From positions 11,408,001 to 11,472,000 of the forward strand of contig JBHGNT010000015.1 of assembly GCA_043228905.1 (NCBI GenBank): DNA of 64,000 nucleotides. The letters are read 5' to 3'. Made by a program: the position numbers and the translations under genes. Below the pieces are notes generated by a model, which saw only the letters and a list, made by a program, of their open reading frames with translations, was not told the DNA's origin and made no database searches. Source of the DNA: Azolla caroliniana (taxonomy: Eukaryota > Plantae > Polypodiophyta). Of this stretch, positions 1 through 14,097 are shown in pieces. Position 1 is the stretch's first letter, and each line of letters begins with the position of its first letter.

Positions 1-950
1 ATCTCCATCTCTGATTTTGGGTCAATCTATATGAATTGTGTAAACATTCACTATCTAGGCATCAAATAACATTATACTTGTCAAATTTGGGAAATGTTAC
101 TCCAAAGTTAGCAAGCAATTGAACATTGTATGGAACGATGAGACCTATCTTCAACCTCAACCATGCAAAAAAACTATTTCTTATTCCTAGTCCACGTCAT
201 TTTAGAGCTAATCCCAATAGCAAACCTCCAATCTAAACTTTCCAATGAAGTTCATTGCAACAAGTAAGAATTTAGAATGCCAACTACGTTTTAGGATCAT
301 CCACCATCCATACACAGAGTTATGTAATTTCCACTCTTTTACAGCCCTAGATGATAGCCATAGAAGAGACAATGACACAATGATACAAGATATTAATAGT
401 CACTTGTAACAATGGTGTTTGATCCTATAAACACCAATCAACCCACCTTTGATTAGTTAAGAGCAAATGTATCCTTTCCAAGACAACTAGATGATTGGTA
501 ACACTTTTTGTTGAGAATTCCAATGCCTCCACTAGATGATGGTTGCCATAAAAATAATGGGAGCGCTTCATGCCATGAGACAACCAAGTATTGAACACAT
601 CAAGAGCTAGGAATCCTAAGTGGAATAAATATGTTCAATAATTGCCATCATGAAGGAGTAATCGTTGTCCTTCCATGTTTCATACCCTCATTCTCAATGA
701 AATATTGGACAATAAATGTCTATGGTTGTGAGTCTAAACACATGTCTTGCAATAATGAACAACTATGATTCATCATATGCATAGATAAGTCCAACATTGC
801 AGCTCACACCAAGCACTTGGGAGTTACTAGATGGTTCCATGCAACCAATGTGATTCCCATCTTAAACTTCTTTCTCCACAACAAATATCAAAGAGGTTAT
901 GTAATGCAAAGGCTTCTTTGTCCATGCAACAATGTCAAGTAATATAATAT

Positions 951-1240
951 CATGGGTTCCATATTACATAGTACAACCTTGAAGTATATATGAAATGGGA
1001 ATACCTTGGGTTCCACAACCATATACAATATAGTAGCATGGGTTCCATATTACATAGTACAACCTTCAAGTGTATATGAAACGACAATATCTTGGGTTCC
1101 ATAACCTAATACAATATACTATCATGGGTTCCATATTATATCGTAGAACCTTCAAGTGTAAATGAAATGGAAATATCTTGGGTTCCATAACCATATACAA
1201 CCTTCATATGTAAATGAAATGGCAAAATCATAAGTTCCAT
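951..1240. repeat. Degenerate tandem repeat, ~86-bp unit, ~3.5 copies
   Basis: CATGGGTTCCATATTA...ACCTT(G/C)AAGT..ATATGAAA...CTTGGGTTCCA recurs at 951, ~1038 and 1123. Confidence 0.8.
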
Positions 1241-3877
1241 AATAAACTACACAACCAATACATGAACTTATCCCTTAACTTGCTAAAAATCCATTCAATC
1301 AATTCACCAATCCTAATATTCAATCCCAATGGATACCCCAAGTGTCGAAAAATAGATCCCTTTCTAATCATGGATCCTTGCCATCCTAGACATTCCAAAT
1401 CCCTTCCAGTACATGAGATGAGGCTACACTTCCTGCAATAAATATGTAATCTAGATGCCAATGGAAATTGGCTTCGTACAAGCTTCCCCTTCTCAAGATT
1501 CTCACATGAGGCTGGTAGAAACATGAATGAATCATCTACCAAAGCATGTGCTACCAATTGGCCCCATATGGAAGTTATCCCCATCAAAACATGAGTGAAG
1601 CAAAAAAAAATAGAGTGATCCGGACTGCTATTATTACGGAAAACAAGATAGCATGGATCAACCCCAAAATACCACTTGATAAGAAGATGGCCCACTATGA
1701 GATACTTTTTACACACATCAGAAGATGGATTCATCATCATGACATATTATATGGACATATATCTATAATATGAGTGGCACAATGTGATATGGCGGTTGCG
1801 AACTTCATCACGTCAATTCACGATTGAGATTGGGCAAATACGCATGATGTCTCTAGAAGAAAGAATTGCCAATTGTATCATCAGGGAGTGGAATATGAAG
1901 CGCACTATGTTTGTCATTGTAGTTTTCTTCATGAAATAAGCGGGCGGTACCATTGCCTCTTTAAACAAGGTTTTGGTTCTCTGCACAAGGTAAAGGAATA
2001 TGAGGACCAATACTGCTTGTGGCTTTTCTTGCTAGAACTCAACAGACACAAGAAAAAGTTGTTGGAAAAGAATACAACCATATAAGCTCATTAACAAAGA
2101 ACAATCACAACTTTCTTTAGCTCCATCACTCTTAATCATGCTACAAGTCAATCAAGGACTACACAAATGAGCTCTCGACAAGGACATAATAAAGGGGTTA
2201 CAATAGATCGAGCAATAGCAATTTGTAGTGCATGTAGGCCCCGGCCCCATGAACCATGATCTCACCACCCTTGCCGTTGCAAAATAAAGGTTATTATCTC
2301 CTACTATCGTTGGTGCTTCCCTTGCATTAGAGTCCTCTACATTTATGATCAACCTATGGTAGAGTTCTTTCGAAGACAAAAATTACATATTTCTAACTTG
2401 AAAATCTATTAATTGTATTCCATTAAATTCCAAGAATAAGAGTTGACTAAAGAACATCATGTTTTATTACTTGATTGGGTCAGTGACTTGCATCAATTGA
2501 CAGTGTCTGGCCTCTAGAACTCCTATCCAGTCCATGATGAATTCATTGACATGGTCAAATTTGTTGTTCTAAATCTTGCTAGTGTATCAGAACTATATTG
2601 GATGAACTCACCATAGCCTTACTCCATTCTAACAAAACTACTCATAAGAGACACAAAAACCACTATCTGATAAGAGGTCAGTGACAAATTGAAGCCTTTC
2701 AAACAATCAATGAAGGTTTTCAACAACTCTTATGCACAATGAATTGTGATCAAAGCATGCAATTTTGATCTCGTCGTGTCAAAGGTGACAAAAGGCTTTG
2801 ATATAGAAAAGATGGCATCCATCATTCTATCGAAGTGAACATTATAGTGTTGCATGGGTTTTCATTGTTTTGTGCCACTTCACACAATGTTCTCAACTCC
2901 TCAGTGTCAAAAGTCTGCATTCATGATAAGCCGATAAGAGATATACCCTTTTCTTTTCTTTATATCAGTCCATTAAACATACATAATGGAACGTCAACAT
3001 TTTTCTTACACAGTCTCTGGAAAGGACCCCATGCTTTTTACTGCACCAGATTTGGTCATCTTGACCTCTGCAAATCATTGTTGATATTTTTTCTAGCCTG
3101 ATGTTTCAATAAGAGTCTTTGTCCTTACGAAAAACTCCAAAGTAGTCCAAGCTTTTCTCTATTTCCCAAGTGCTCCTTAGTTTTATTTTCCATGATGGCC
3201 ATGGTCTAACACCAATTATATGTTGAAAAGAGCAATTATATATTGAATTCATCCCATTTCCCTCTATTTTGGGTGGTTGATCAACAGCTAGGGGAAATAA
3301 AGAAAAATTCAGGTGTATCTAAGTTCATTTTGCTTTATTGTCTATCCATCCAATAAGGAGCACATTGTATGATTGGTATTTTATTAGAGTTTGGCCATAC
3401 AAAGTTTTTTTGTTGATTCTGTGACATGTGTGCTTTTGCAAGAACTTCATAAAGAATTTGGCGGAGAGAAAAATGATGCCTTGCAATTTCAAGATGTATC
3501 GAGGACCAATCTGTCTGTCAATTTCTCTATGAACAAATTTAAATGCTCCAGAGAAATGGAATAAATGTTCATATACACGTATGCTATAATCACTACGTCT
3601 CTCCACGTTTTTTTGGACCAGGTGAAATAAGCGAACCAATCAAATAGGTTCAATACTTTGTTTTGAAAGAAAGCATTTTGTTTGATTTAGTTAGTCTTTT
3701 AGTTTTAGTTTTGAGACTCTGTCAAGGGCGTCATGATCTCTCTCTCTCTCTCTTTTTATCATAATTAGCTTACCTTAGTGGTAAGTTGATAACACTATAA
3801 GCACTGCGTCTTGGGTTCGAAAACCAACTTCCTCACCTCTCTATTATATACTTCATATATATCTCTATTTCACTAGA

Positions 3878-3951
3878 TGGCACTGTGGAATGTAGGGGTT
3901 GAACCCATGACCACCTAGTCTCCATTGGGCAACCTTACCAACTAAGCTACA
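3878..3951 (-). other. tRNA-like / SINE-head remnant
   Basis: Minus strand reads TGTAGCTTAGTTGGTAAGG (A-box-like) ... GGGTTCAACCCC (B-box-like) ... GTGCCA; a cloverleaf is not convincingly intact. Confidence 0.4.
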
Positions 3952-5689
3952 TCCATCTGGGGTCTCTCTCTCTTATAACTTTTCGAATTGGTTGGCTTTT
4001 GAGCCAATATTTGAATATATATATTTTATGCTCAAAAATTAAAATTTAACACCCTTTAAATGTTCTCGTTCATATCCTTTTTTGATGGCTACTCTTATTT
4101 TCAATACATATTCTATGTCTGCATATTTTTGAATGTGCATGAAACCAAAATGCATGGAAAGTACCATCATATCCTTATTGTTGGATCCTGAACTCATTGG
4201 TAACATCTCCTTTATCTCATCTCCTAGTTTCCAATTATGTTCATGTCCATGACAATGTATGTGTGATATTAACCTTTCACTCCATTCATTTAGCTACTTG
4301 AAATACAGCCTTCTCTTAGATACTTTTATGATAAGACCTAGGCCTAACTAGTGATGCATGATAAGTTTATTTTTCATATTTTAAATGTAAAAACATGAAA
4401 ACAAAATATCCTTTATGAATTTAGATGGCAACATAGAGTACTGTAAAGATGGGAATACTTTGGACTAAACCAACAACAAAATCATGACTTGATGGATTAG
4501 CCACTCCAATTCAAATGTAGAAATTTATAAATGGTTTGAGGTTAAAGGGTCTAGGTTGATTTAGTTTGAGACTTTATTTTAAGAGAACATTTTTGAAATA
4601 TTTATTAGATATATAAACTTTAGAGAACTTAAGTGTTTATTAATAAAGAAAGGTAGGTTTGAAAACTTGAGTGTACATTTGCCATTCATTTTGGAGTTAC
4701 AACTTGAAGGGGTATTGTAGCCAAAACCTGCAAAATCTTTAATACTAACAATAAGGAGAATTACAAGACTAATGATAATGACCCGCAACAATTTCATAGA
4801 CTTGTGACCATGATAATAAAACAAAACCAACATTGCAAACTTTCTTAACCATCGATTTAAAATGGAAAGAACTTCACAAACAAGACTATGGTAAACCATC
4901 AATTAACTTCACATACGATAATTCCAGAAAACCCTAACAGCCGATTTGTAGTTTTTTTGTTCAAAAAATGTCTTTGACATATTTTGTATTCACATAAATA
5001 TAACGGTAAAACGAATATAGCTAATTCATAAGAAAAGCAAAGAATGATAACAAGAGATGTATGGTAAGGAAGGAGATATATTCAATGAAGCAGAAGTATC
5101 AGATGATCCATAAAGAGCTTCACTTCATCAATGAATATTCGGCACAAAGAAAGAAAGGAGAAGAAGGATCCAACTCGAGGTTTACAAGATCCTTAGGAGT
5201 TGTCTTCTTCTATAGTTTGTTCATCTCATCTTAAGACCTCTTTTTCTTCGTTTTCCTCTTTTTTTGTTCCACCCTCCTAGTATTTCTTCTAGAGTTTTGT
5301 TATTTGTTTTTTCTATATTAGCCTTCTCCTTATTCATGGCTATTAAAATGAAGCCATGTACCTCTTTTAGCTCTTCACTTAAGTTTCCCTTAGCTAAAAG
5401 CCTTCTCTATAGCTAGAAGTATTTCAACTTTTACTTTTAAATTTGATTCACTTGTTTCTTCTTCAAATAAATGTGTAGAGAACTTATTTCCTTTTTGCAT
5501 AAGCTCACAAAGCTTTAGCATGACTATCACTAGATCCACTCTCTTATAAGTTTCATGCTCCTTATCAAAGTTTTGTTATATTGAATTTAAAAGTGTTTAC
5601 GCGCACTATTACTCTCTAGAGTGAGCACGTCGTAATATGTAATTTATTCTTTTTATTCTTTTTATTTAAAACTAATGTTTCATACTCTT

Positions 5690-5843
5690 GTGGAGTGTGG
5701 AAGTCGAAGATGGGGACATGTTGGTATGCAAGACTTATGCTTGCCGGTGCAATATGACAAGACCAACCCTGACAAGATCGATGCACTGACTTGGAAAGTC
5801 TTTCATCTAAAAGCAACGTCATACATAAGGTGTTTTATAGACA
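5690..5843 (+). pseudogene. Ty1/copia gag N-terminal fragment
   Basis: Similar to 8755-8915 (WKSKM..D...LPVQ...DKIDA..W...H.KA.SYIRCFIDM); abuts the gypsy RT fragment. Confidence 0.7.
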
Positions 5844-7805
5844 TGAGATCCATGCAAATGATCAATCAAATCATTGACATGAGGTAACGGATATATGCCT
5901 TTTTAATTGTCATCTTATTCAAACGGCAATAATTAATACACATTCACCATGAACGAAACTTCTTCTTAACTAAATGAATTGGCACACCCCATGGTGATTT
6001 ACTATACCTAACGTGGCCCATACTCAAGTATTCCTTAAGTTGTTTAGCGATCTCATCCTCTTCTAATCGACTAAGTTGATAAGGTGGAATGCTCATAGGA
6101 GCAGCACCGGGAATAAGTTCAATCTGATGGTCCACATTACGTTGTGGTGGTAAACTAAGGGGCAATTCGTTAGAAAAACGTCTTGAAAATCTTCTAAAAT
6201 AGAGTCAAGTAATTGTCGTTCATAATGTGGTAATTGCGTGGCATCAAGATTAAAATAATAAAATTGAAGCACATGATCAATCACACATGAATAAATTGAT
6301 GAACTAGAATACTCAGGTAAAAATTTATAAGACACAAGTAAACGAGAAGGAAGTTTGGAACATTGAATAAAATGTTTAGAATTATTAAGCTCAAATGTGA
6401 TTGAGTAATTAACCCAATCAATGGACAAAGAAGGATTTTTATTAAAAAACCAAGGGTATCCTAAAATGATATCTGCGTATTGTAGTTTCATAACATGAAA
6501 GTCAAGCTTCTCCATATAGGTATCTATTTGAATTTGTAGTTGACAAACAATACCATTGATGTATTGGACGCCTCCATTTGCCATGTGAACTTGATATATA
6601 TGACCAATTGCGTTTATGTGGAGTTGCATTTGCTGCACCAAGTGATCATTAAGAAAATTATGAGAACTACCAGAATCAAACAAGAAATGTGCTTACTCGA
6701 GTGCTTGTAGTAAATCATTAGGTCCAAGTAAATGTGAAGGAAAAGTACATTCACATGAGCTTAAGTGGTTGGTATGAACATCAATAACAACAAAAGACTC
6801 ACATGTGTGACTCGTAGATTTGCTTGAGGTGGGGTGTTTGTTGACTTCCTTTCAAGACGACAACAAGAATCCTTTGTGTGGCCCCGCTTCTTGCAATACG
6901 CACAGAAGAGGTTCAGTTTCTTTGAGTCACAATCAAGACTGTCACTGGATTGCTTACGTTTCCCAATGAACTTGACATTCATTGTTTTGGCGAACTCTGG
7001 TTTATTGTGTTCTTTCTTGGAAGTTCTATGGTACCGAAGTACAATGTTAACTGCTTGTGGGGTCCTTGTTGTGGACAATCCAATGGTAATCCCCATTGGG
7101 AATACCATTCAAAAAACAAGTGACAAACCATTTCACACCCGTAAGTCCTGATTTTTGAATCTAGGTCCGAGCATGATGCACATAATCCTCGAGACAAGTA
7201 AATGGCTTACTCAACAACATGATCAACTATCGCGCTTGTTTGGTTTGAGAAGGTGGATGCAAGAACTATTTCTTGAAAAGATCAACGAAACCTTACCAAC
7301 TTGTGGGTAAGTTCTTTGCAGTCCTTAGACCACGCCACCAAGCACTAGCTTGGCCACCTAACTCACGACCGACATAACCAATTTTTACAATGTCCGGCTT
7401 GCGATGAAGCTCAGAATGAGACTCCCAACCACCAAGCCAAGTGTTAATGGCCTACTCGGTTCTTTCTTTCTTATCTCCCTTGAATGGCGTGATTACAAAA
7501 GAAGGCTCACCATATTTCGTGGACTCAATTGTTAATTCTTGGAATTTCTTTCCCAAAGCCATATTGACTTGCCTCATTTCAGCCAATTGATTTAAGGTAG
7601 TAGTGAGTAATTTTTGAATAGTGATATTAGCTTGTGTGCGAGATGCGGATTGGATGTGAGAGGTCTCCGTTAGAGATATCACTCCAACAGTGTTCAAAAC
7701 TTGTTCCATGATGCAAGTTGTGTATTCGCAATATAAATAAGGAGGTTCAAAAAATACATAAGCAAAATGAATGCTTGAAATTTTGACTAGAAGAACTTTT
7801 TCCAA
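5843..7805 (-). pseudogene. Gypsy gag (CCHC knuckle CAYCKKRGHTKDSC), aspartic protease (FDSGSSHNF) and RT N-terminus, frameshifted
   Basis: ORFs 7452-7805, 6761-7108, 6093-6683, 5944-6165 (PPQRNVDHQIEL..SKSPWG). Confidence 0.85.
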
Positions 7806-8197
7806 GAAAGCATCTCACGTCTTTACCCCTCTAGATATATGAGATGTGATAAGAGATCCGACAACTATGGTAACACTATGGTGTTTTAAAAACCATGGTG
7901 GAAAACATAGCTAAGATATTTTCTCGGATCTCTATCTTGAAAAATCATGGTGGCGCCCTGAGGCTCAACCATGGTTCTACCATCAACATAATTTCCTAGT
8001 TAGCCTTATATTAAAATGCCAACCCAACATGTATTAATATGGTCAAGAAAGTGTATTACGTGAAAAAACAAGTACAGACACAAGTAATATTCTAGTCTTG
8101 CGAGTAACACGCAAATGTTATGAGAAAAACGATAAAATAAGGCACTACTTATAAGAGTCAAGCAGTGATGAAAACAAGGGTCAAAAAACCATGTATT

Positions 8198-8680
8198 TGT
8201 TGGGAAATCGGTCTCTCCGGATGGGAGCCGGTGATGAATAAAGAGGACCCGATGAGAACCGGAAGAGAAGACCTATCTGTAAATATGTTTTGAGTAAGCC
8301 TAGTGAGGCTATATTTGTAAATAGCCCTAAGTTCATATAATTATAAATATGACTTAGGGAAATCACTTTGTAAGGTAGTTGTTATTGTCATATTGGTGTA
8401 TAACTATTGTACAGAGAGTGAGGGAGAGTAGCTACGAGCACTCTCTGTTGTAACCACCGTCTGGCGAAGATCGCGAGCACGAGGTCATTGTCTTTGTGCC
8501 TCCACTTTGTATTTCCTCTCATATAGTGATAGTTGGAGTCGGTGGGCTCCTATGGTTTTTCCCTATTAGGGTTTTCCACGTAAACATCCTATGTCATTTC
8601 TGTGTACTCTCTCATTCATCCCCATTTCTGTGATTCAATACTTGGTTGTGGCTGAGCGATATTCTGCGCTATTCTTCACA
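8198..8680 (+). repeat. Copia 5' LTR
   Basis: TGTTGGGAAA...ATTCTTCACA, direct repeat of 12521-13044. Confidence 0.95.
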
Positions 8681-8683
8681 ATC

Positions 8684-8695
8684 TGGTATCAGAGC
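8684..8695 (+). promoter_or_regulatory. Primer binding site, tRNA-iMet
   Basis: TGGTATCAGAGC 3 nt after the LTR. Confidence 0.92.
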
Positions 8696-8709
8696 AAACA
8701 ACACAGGAA

Positions 8710-11700
8710 ATGGAAGAATCGTTCGGCGGCATGTTCAAGCTCACTGGCTCCAACTACTCAGTGTGGAAGTCGAAGATGAGGGATATGCTGGTGGTGAAAT
8801 ATCTTTGGTTGCCGGTTCAATTCGGGGACTAGAGACCGATTAAGATCGATGCCACAGTGTGGGAGGTGATGCACATGAAGACGAAGGCCTACATCCGGTG
8901 CTTCATCGACATGAGCCTATACAACAACTTCAATGAAGAGAGCAAGGCTCATGAACTCTGGGAGAAGATGGGCATCATGTTCCAGAACAAGAATGTTGTT
9001 AATCAGGTTTTAGTATTCCAGAAGCTAGTGAGGCTCCGGTACCAGGACGACTCCAGTATGGTGGAGCATATGAATGCTTTCCAGGGGTTGATACATCAAG
9101 CAACCTCGTTGGAAGTACTTCTTGCCGATGAGGTATTGGCATTGCTCCTGCTCGGTTCCCTCCCGGATAGCTAGGAGACGTTAGTTGTCACGTTGGGCAA
9201 CGCCGGGCCGGAAGGAAAACAATTGTCCCTCGAAAGGGTAAAATAAAGCTTGCTAGATGAAGAAGCTCCCCGGAAGGACCGGGCATCCGGAACCGATCCG
9301 AAGGTTTTGGTCACGGAAGATGACCACAACCGGAGAAGAGGCCGGTATCGGAGTCCCCAAAACCGGGACAAATCGGGGACGAGGTCAAAGTCAAGGGGGA
9401 GGCCCACCTGCTTCTATTGCGGGAAGCCGGGACACTTCTAGAAGAACTACCATCATTTCCGGAAGGAGAAAGAAACCATCACTACCGATTCGAAGAAGAG
9501 TTTGGACCAAAACGATTTGGACCGGAGAGGCCCGATCGGAAGGGAATGTCGGCAATCACGACAAGTGAAAAAGAACTGATGCTCATTTCCGAAGAGAATG
9601 AGTTAAACCTTGTCGGCAACGAGACAACGTGGGTTGTCGATTCCTGAGCATCGTTCCACCTGACACCGGATCGGAAATGCTTCTCATCCTACACAGTCGA
9701 TGATCATGGTTGTGTCCGGATGGGGGATGAAGGTACATGTTGAATTATCGGCATAGGAAATGTGTTGTTAACAATATCAACCGGATGCAAATTGCTATTG
9801 AAGGATGTCTGACACGTTCTGGAGGTTCGACTGAACCTGATATCAATCGGTCGGCTAGATGATGAATGTTACACGGGTAGCATCCGGAACGGAGTTATGA
9901 ATTTCAGCAAGGGAAGCTTGATAGTGGCGCGAGCCCGGATGATCAACACATTGTACTTGATGAATGCCTGGATATGTTGGGCAGAAGTGAACGTAGCATC
10001 TGACACTACTGGTGAGTTGTGGCACAAAAGACTGTGTCAATGAGTAAGAAGGGGATGAAGAGGCTTGCCGAAGTCAACCTCATTCCGGTAAAGGAAGTGC
10101 AACTTGAGAAGTGCATTGATTGCTTGGCCAATAAGAAAAATCGAACCTCCTTCCGGTCAAGATCACCGATGAGATGGAATGCACCACTGGAGATGGTGCA
10201 TACCAATGTGTGTCAAGTGGACATGAAGTCACATGCCAGATCGTAGTACTTCGTGACGTTCTTAAATGACCACAGTCGGAAGTTGTGGGTCTCACCATTA
10301 AAGACGAAGGATCAGGTGCTATCTGTCTTCAAGGAGCTCCAGGCAAGAGGGGAAAGAGAAACCAGCTGGAAGCTGATGGTGGTTCGGGTAGATAACGGAG
10401 GAGAATACCAGGGGTAGTTCGAGGAGCACTGTCGGTCGAAGGGAATCCGGCTCGAGTTTACTGTGCCGAAGACGCCGGAACGAAACAGGTTGGTCGAAAG
10501 GATGAACTAGAACATAATGGAGAGATTTTGGAGCATGCTAGCACATGCAAAGTTACCCAAGACGTTTTGGGTTGAGGCGCTGACAACGACGACCTATGTG
10601 ATAAATAGATCACCCACAACACCCTTGGAAGGAGACTCACCTCATAAAGTATGGACCGATAAAGATGTATCTTACCGGCATTTGAAGGTGTTCGGGTGTC
10701 TCACATATGTGCATGTTGCAAAGGACAAGAGAGCAAAGCTGGATCCGAAGTCCAGGCCATGCATATTCCTTGGATACGGCGATGATGAGTTCGGTTAACA
10801 GGTGTGGGATCTGGTCGACAAGAAGGTATTCCGGAGTCGGGACATAGTCTTCATGGAAGACAGGACCATTGCCGACTGGGAGTTGGAGAAGAAAATGATC
10901 AACTCTGGATCATCCAATGAAAACCGGCCTGAGGACACAAGGACCTACCTGGTTGAAAACCGGATGTTAGCTGGCAACCGGATGACACTCGACGAACCGA
11001 CTGGATTCGGACAAGAAACCGGACCGACCGAAGAAGAAGAAGAAGAAGAAGAAGAAGAAGAAGAAGAAGAAGAAGAAGAAGACATCGGAACCGGACAAGA
11101 TCCCGAATCGGATTCAGATTCGGAACAGATGGAGGAACCGATAGTCAGATACCAAGGACAGAGATATCCTCTCCAAGAGAGAAGAGCCCCCCATGTGGTA
11201 AAGACGACATTCATCTAGACGGTATTGGGCATAGCGGCAAGCATGGATCTTGAGGTACAACAACTAGACGTGAAGACAACATTCTTCCATGGTGACCTCA
11301 AAGAAGAGATCTACATGCATCAACCGAAAGGATTTAAAGAAAGGGAAGGAGCACTTGGTGTGCCAGATGAAGAAGAGCCTATACAGAGTGAAGCAAGCTC
11401 CCCGGTAATGGTACCTACCGAAAGTTCAACTCCTTCATGACAGACCAAGGGTACCATAAGACGCAGGCCGAGCACTGCATGTTTGTGAAGAAATTTGATC
11501 GAGGATATTTCCTGATACTCCTCCTATATGTGGATGATATGCTGATCGTTGAACAAGACCAAGGCAAGATTTGGATGCTAAAGAAGGCTCTGAAACAGAA
11601 CTTCTCAATGAAAGACTTGGGGCCGGCAAGACAAATATTGGGAGTGCACATCATCCGGGACCGGTCTAAGAAGTTGTTGTGATTGTCACAAGAGAAGTAT

Positions 11701-12510
11701 GTGACAAAGGTGCTTCAACGGTTCAACATGTTGAAGGCAAAACCGGTCGGATGGACACTTCCGGAAAATTGCAAGCTATATGGAAAACAAAGTCCGAGGA
11801 CAAAGGTGGAGAAGACGGATATGATGAAGATACCATATGCCTCTACCGTCGGAAGCTTGATGTATGCGATGGTATGTACCCGGCCGTATATCGGATATGC
11901 AATGGGAATGGTGAGTCGGTTCATGAGCAATCTCGGAAGAGAGCATTGGAACGCGGTCAAGTGGATATAGTAACTCCAGTATCTAAAAGGCACCTCGAGT
12001 ATGTGCCTCCGGTTTGGCTCTAGAAAACCCCAACTCGATGGTTTCAGGGATTCGGATATGTCAGCTAATGCAAATACTAGCCAGTCGACATCCGGATATG
12101 TCATGACGTATGTAGGGGGAGCTGTTTCGTGGCAGTTGAGGCTACAGATGATGGTTGCATTGTCAACCACGGAGGCGAAGTACATGGCAGTTGTAGAAGC
12201 CGACAAAGAGATACTCTGGATGAGGGACTTCATCGGAGAGCTAGGGATCCAACAAGAGGAATACCGGCTCTACTGTGACAATCAAAGTACCATCCACCTT
12301 GCAAAGAACGTGGCCTACCATTCCCAGACGAAACATATCCAGCGGAGGTACCACTGGATCCGGGAGAGAGTAGTAGTTCAAGAGTTCGTGCTGACGAAGA
12401 TCCACATGGAGGAGAACGGGTTGGACGTGCTGACCAAGGTCCTGACAATCGACAAGTTGGATGCGTGCCGAAAGCGGATCGGGCTGACAAGATATCCCAT
12501 GCTGGAGTGA
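8710..12510 (+). pseudogene. Copia gag-pol polyprotein with many stops/frameshifts and an internal deletion near 11200 removing the RT N-terminus
   Basis: CFYCGKPGH knuckle, WVVDS protease, KLPKTFWVEA/KLDPKS integrase, QLDVKTTFFHG and LLYVDDML RT, DSD/STTEAKY/CDNQS RNase H. Confidence 0.93.
11030..11080 (+). repeat. (GAA)17 microsatellite encoding poly-Glu in the copia INT-RT linker
   Basis: Uninterrupted GAA run. Confidence 0.9.
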
Positions 12511-12520
12511 AGGGGGAGAT

Positions 12521-13044
12521 TGTTGGGAAAACGGTCTCTCCGGATGGGATCCAGTGATGAATATTGAGGACCCGGTGAAAACCGGAAGAGAAGACATATC
12601 TGTAAACCGGAAGAGAAGACATATCTATAAATATGTTTTGAGTAAGCGTACTGATGTTATATTTGTAAATAGCCCTAAGTTCATATAAGTATAAATATGA
12701 CTTAGGGCAATCACTTTGTAAGGTAGTTGTTATTGTCATATTAGTGTATAACTACTGTATAGAGAGCGACAGAGAGTGAGAGAGAGAGAGAGTAGCTACG
12801 AGCACTCTTTGTTGTAACCACCGTTTGGTGAAGATCGTGAGCACGAGGTCATTGCCTCTGTGCCTCCACTTTGTATTTCCTCTCATATACTGATAGTTGG
12901 AGTCTGTGGGCTCATGTGGTTTTTCCCTATTAGGGTTTTCCACGTAAACATCCTGTGTCATTTCTGTGTACTCTCTTGTTCATCCCCCTTTCCGTGATTC
13001 AATACTCGGTTGTGGCTGAGCGATATTCCACGCTATTCTTCACA
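12521..13044 (+). repeat. Copia 3' LTR
   Basis: Follows PPT GAAGGGGGAGA; has a ~26-bp internal duplication and a longer GA tract than the 5' LTR. Confidence 0.95.
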
Positions 13045-14097
13045 GTATTACCTACTAAAAATAATGCCACATATAAATGGATGATGCGAGGTATTTATAA
13101 TATATCCATCCCAATATGATGATTAGAATTTGCACAATTTTGACATAAGACACAAATTGATAAAAGTGGTGGTGGTGTTGTGGGCAAAGATGTCGTACTA
13201 AAATCTATGAGTGAAACATCAATAGGGGAACTCATGTGGTTTTAATCGAGTTCTAAGGCTCAATAACATGAGTTAAACCTAGATGACACGTTGGAAAAAT
13301 GGTTCAAAAAGCGCCATGATGCCCACTCAATACGAAAAAATAGTCTACATGGAATTGTTACACCATTAACCGTACGTAAATAGTGTAGATGTACATAAAA
13401 ATAAGGGTACGAAAGAGAGTTAATTGTTGGTGGGTAAATGACAATTACGAGAAAATCTTAAGAAAGTAGGAAAGAAAAAATTGTGTAATTAGAAAATACT
13501 AAGGATAATAATCAAATAAATGTATGTATCATTAAGCATGCCCTAAGGTAAGAAACCCTAGGGTAGACACATGCACCTTGTCAAGACGACCACACCCCAT
13601 ATAAACAATCAAGAGATGGCTCAATACAGAGTAGAGTGGCATCGATAGTCGACATACACCTCTTCAAGACCACAACTTCCCATAGAATAGTCAAAAGATG
13701 GCTGAATAGAGGGAAGAGCGGCATACACAACATTGAACCCGTTGCACAAGATTAATCTAGAGGGGACAATGAGATATACAACGTAATATGCAAAAGGGCC
13801 ATGAGTTGAGCGTGTCCGATTAGTGCAAACACGCTCGACCCGATGCACAATAAGAATTAAAATCGTATCATGGTAGAAAGAAGAAAGACAAGACAAGAAA
13901 ACGTAATACAAATTTCAATAGACCACGAAGAACGCATCATGGAAAAGAAGAGAGATAGAGAAAAAAGAATATTCGGTTAAGAATGTTGTTTTGATCCGGA
14001 GAAGAGCATGATGAGCCTTGTTAGATCCCCATCTCTCACATGCAAAAAACATCAAAACAAAAAAAAAAACAATTGTTAGTAAAAGCTTTGATACCAT

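Larger units (their letters stand above)
8198..13044 (+). mobile_element. Structurally complete Ty1/copia retrotransposon with both LTRs and 5-bp TSD GTATT
   Basis: LTRs 8198-8680 and 12521-13044 (TG...CA); GTATT at 8193-8197 and 13045-13049; PBS TGGTATCAGAGC; PPT at 12509-12519; order gag-PR-INT-RT-RH. Confidence 0.97.

Noticed and set aside
1-5600. Short ORFs as host genes
   Set aside because: No recognisable domains or consistent splicing; likely decayed repeat sequence
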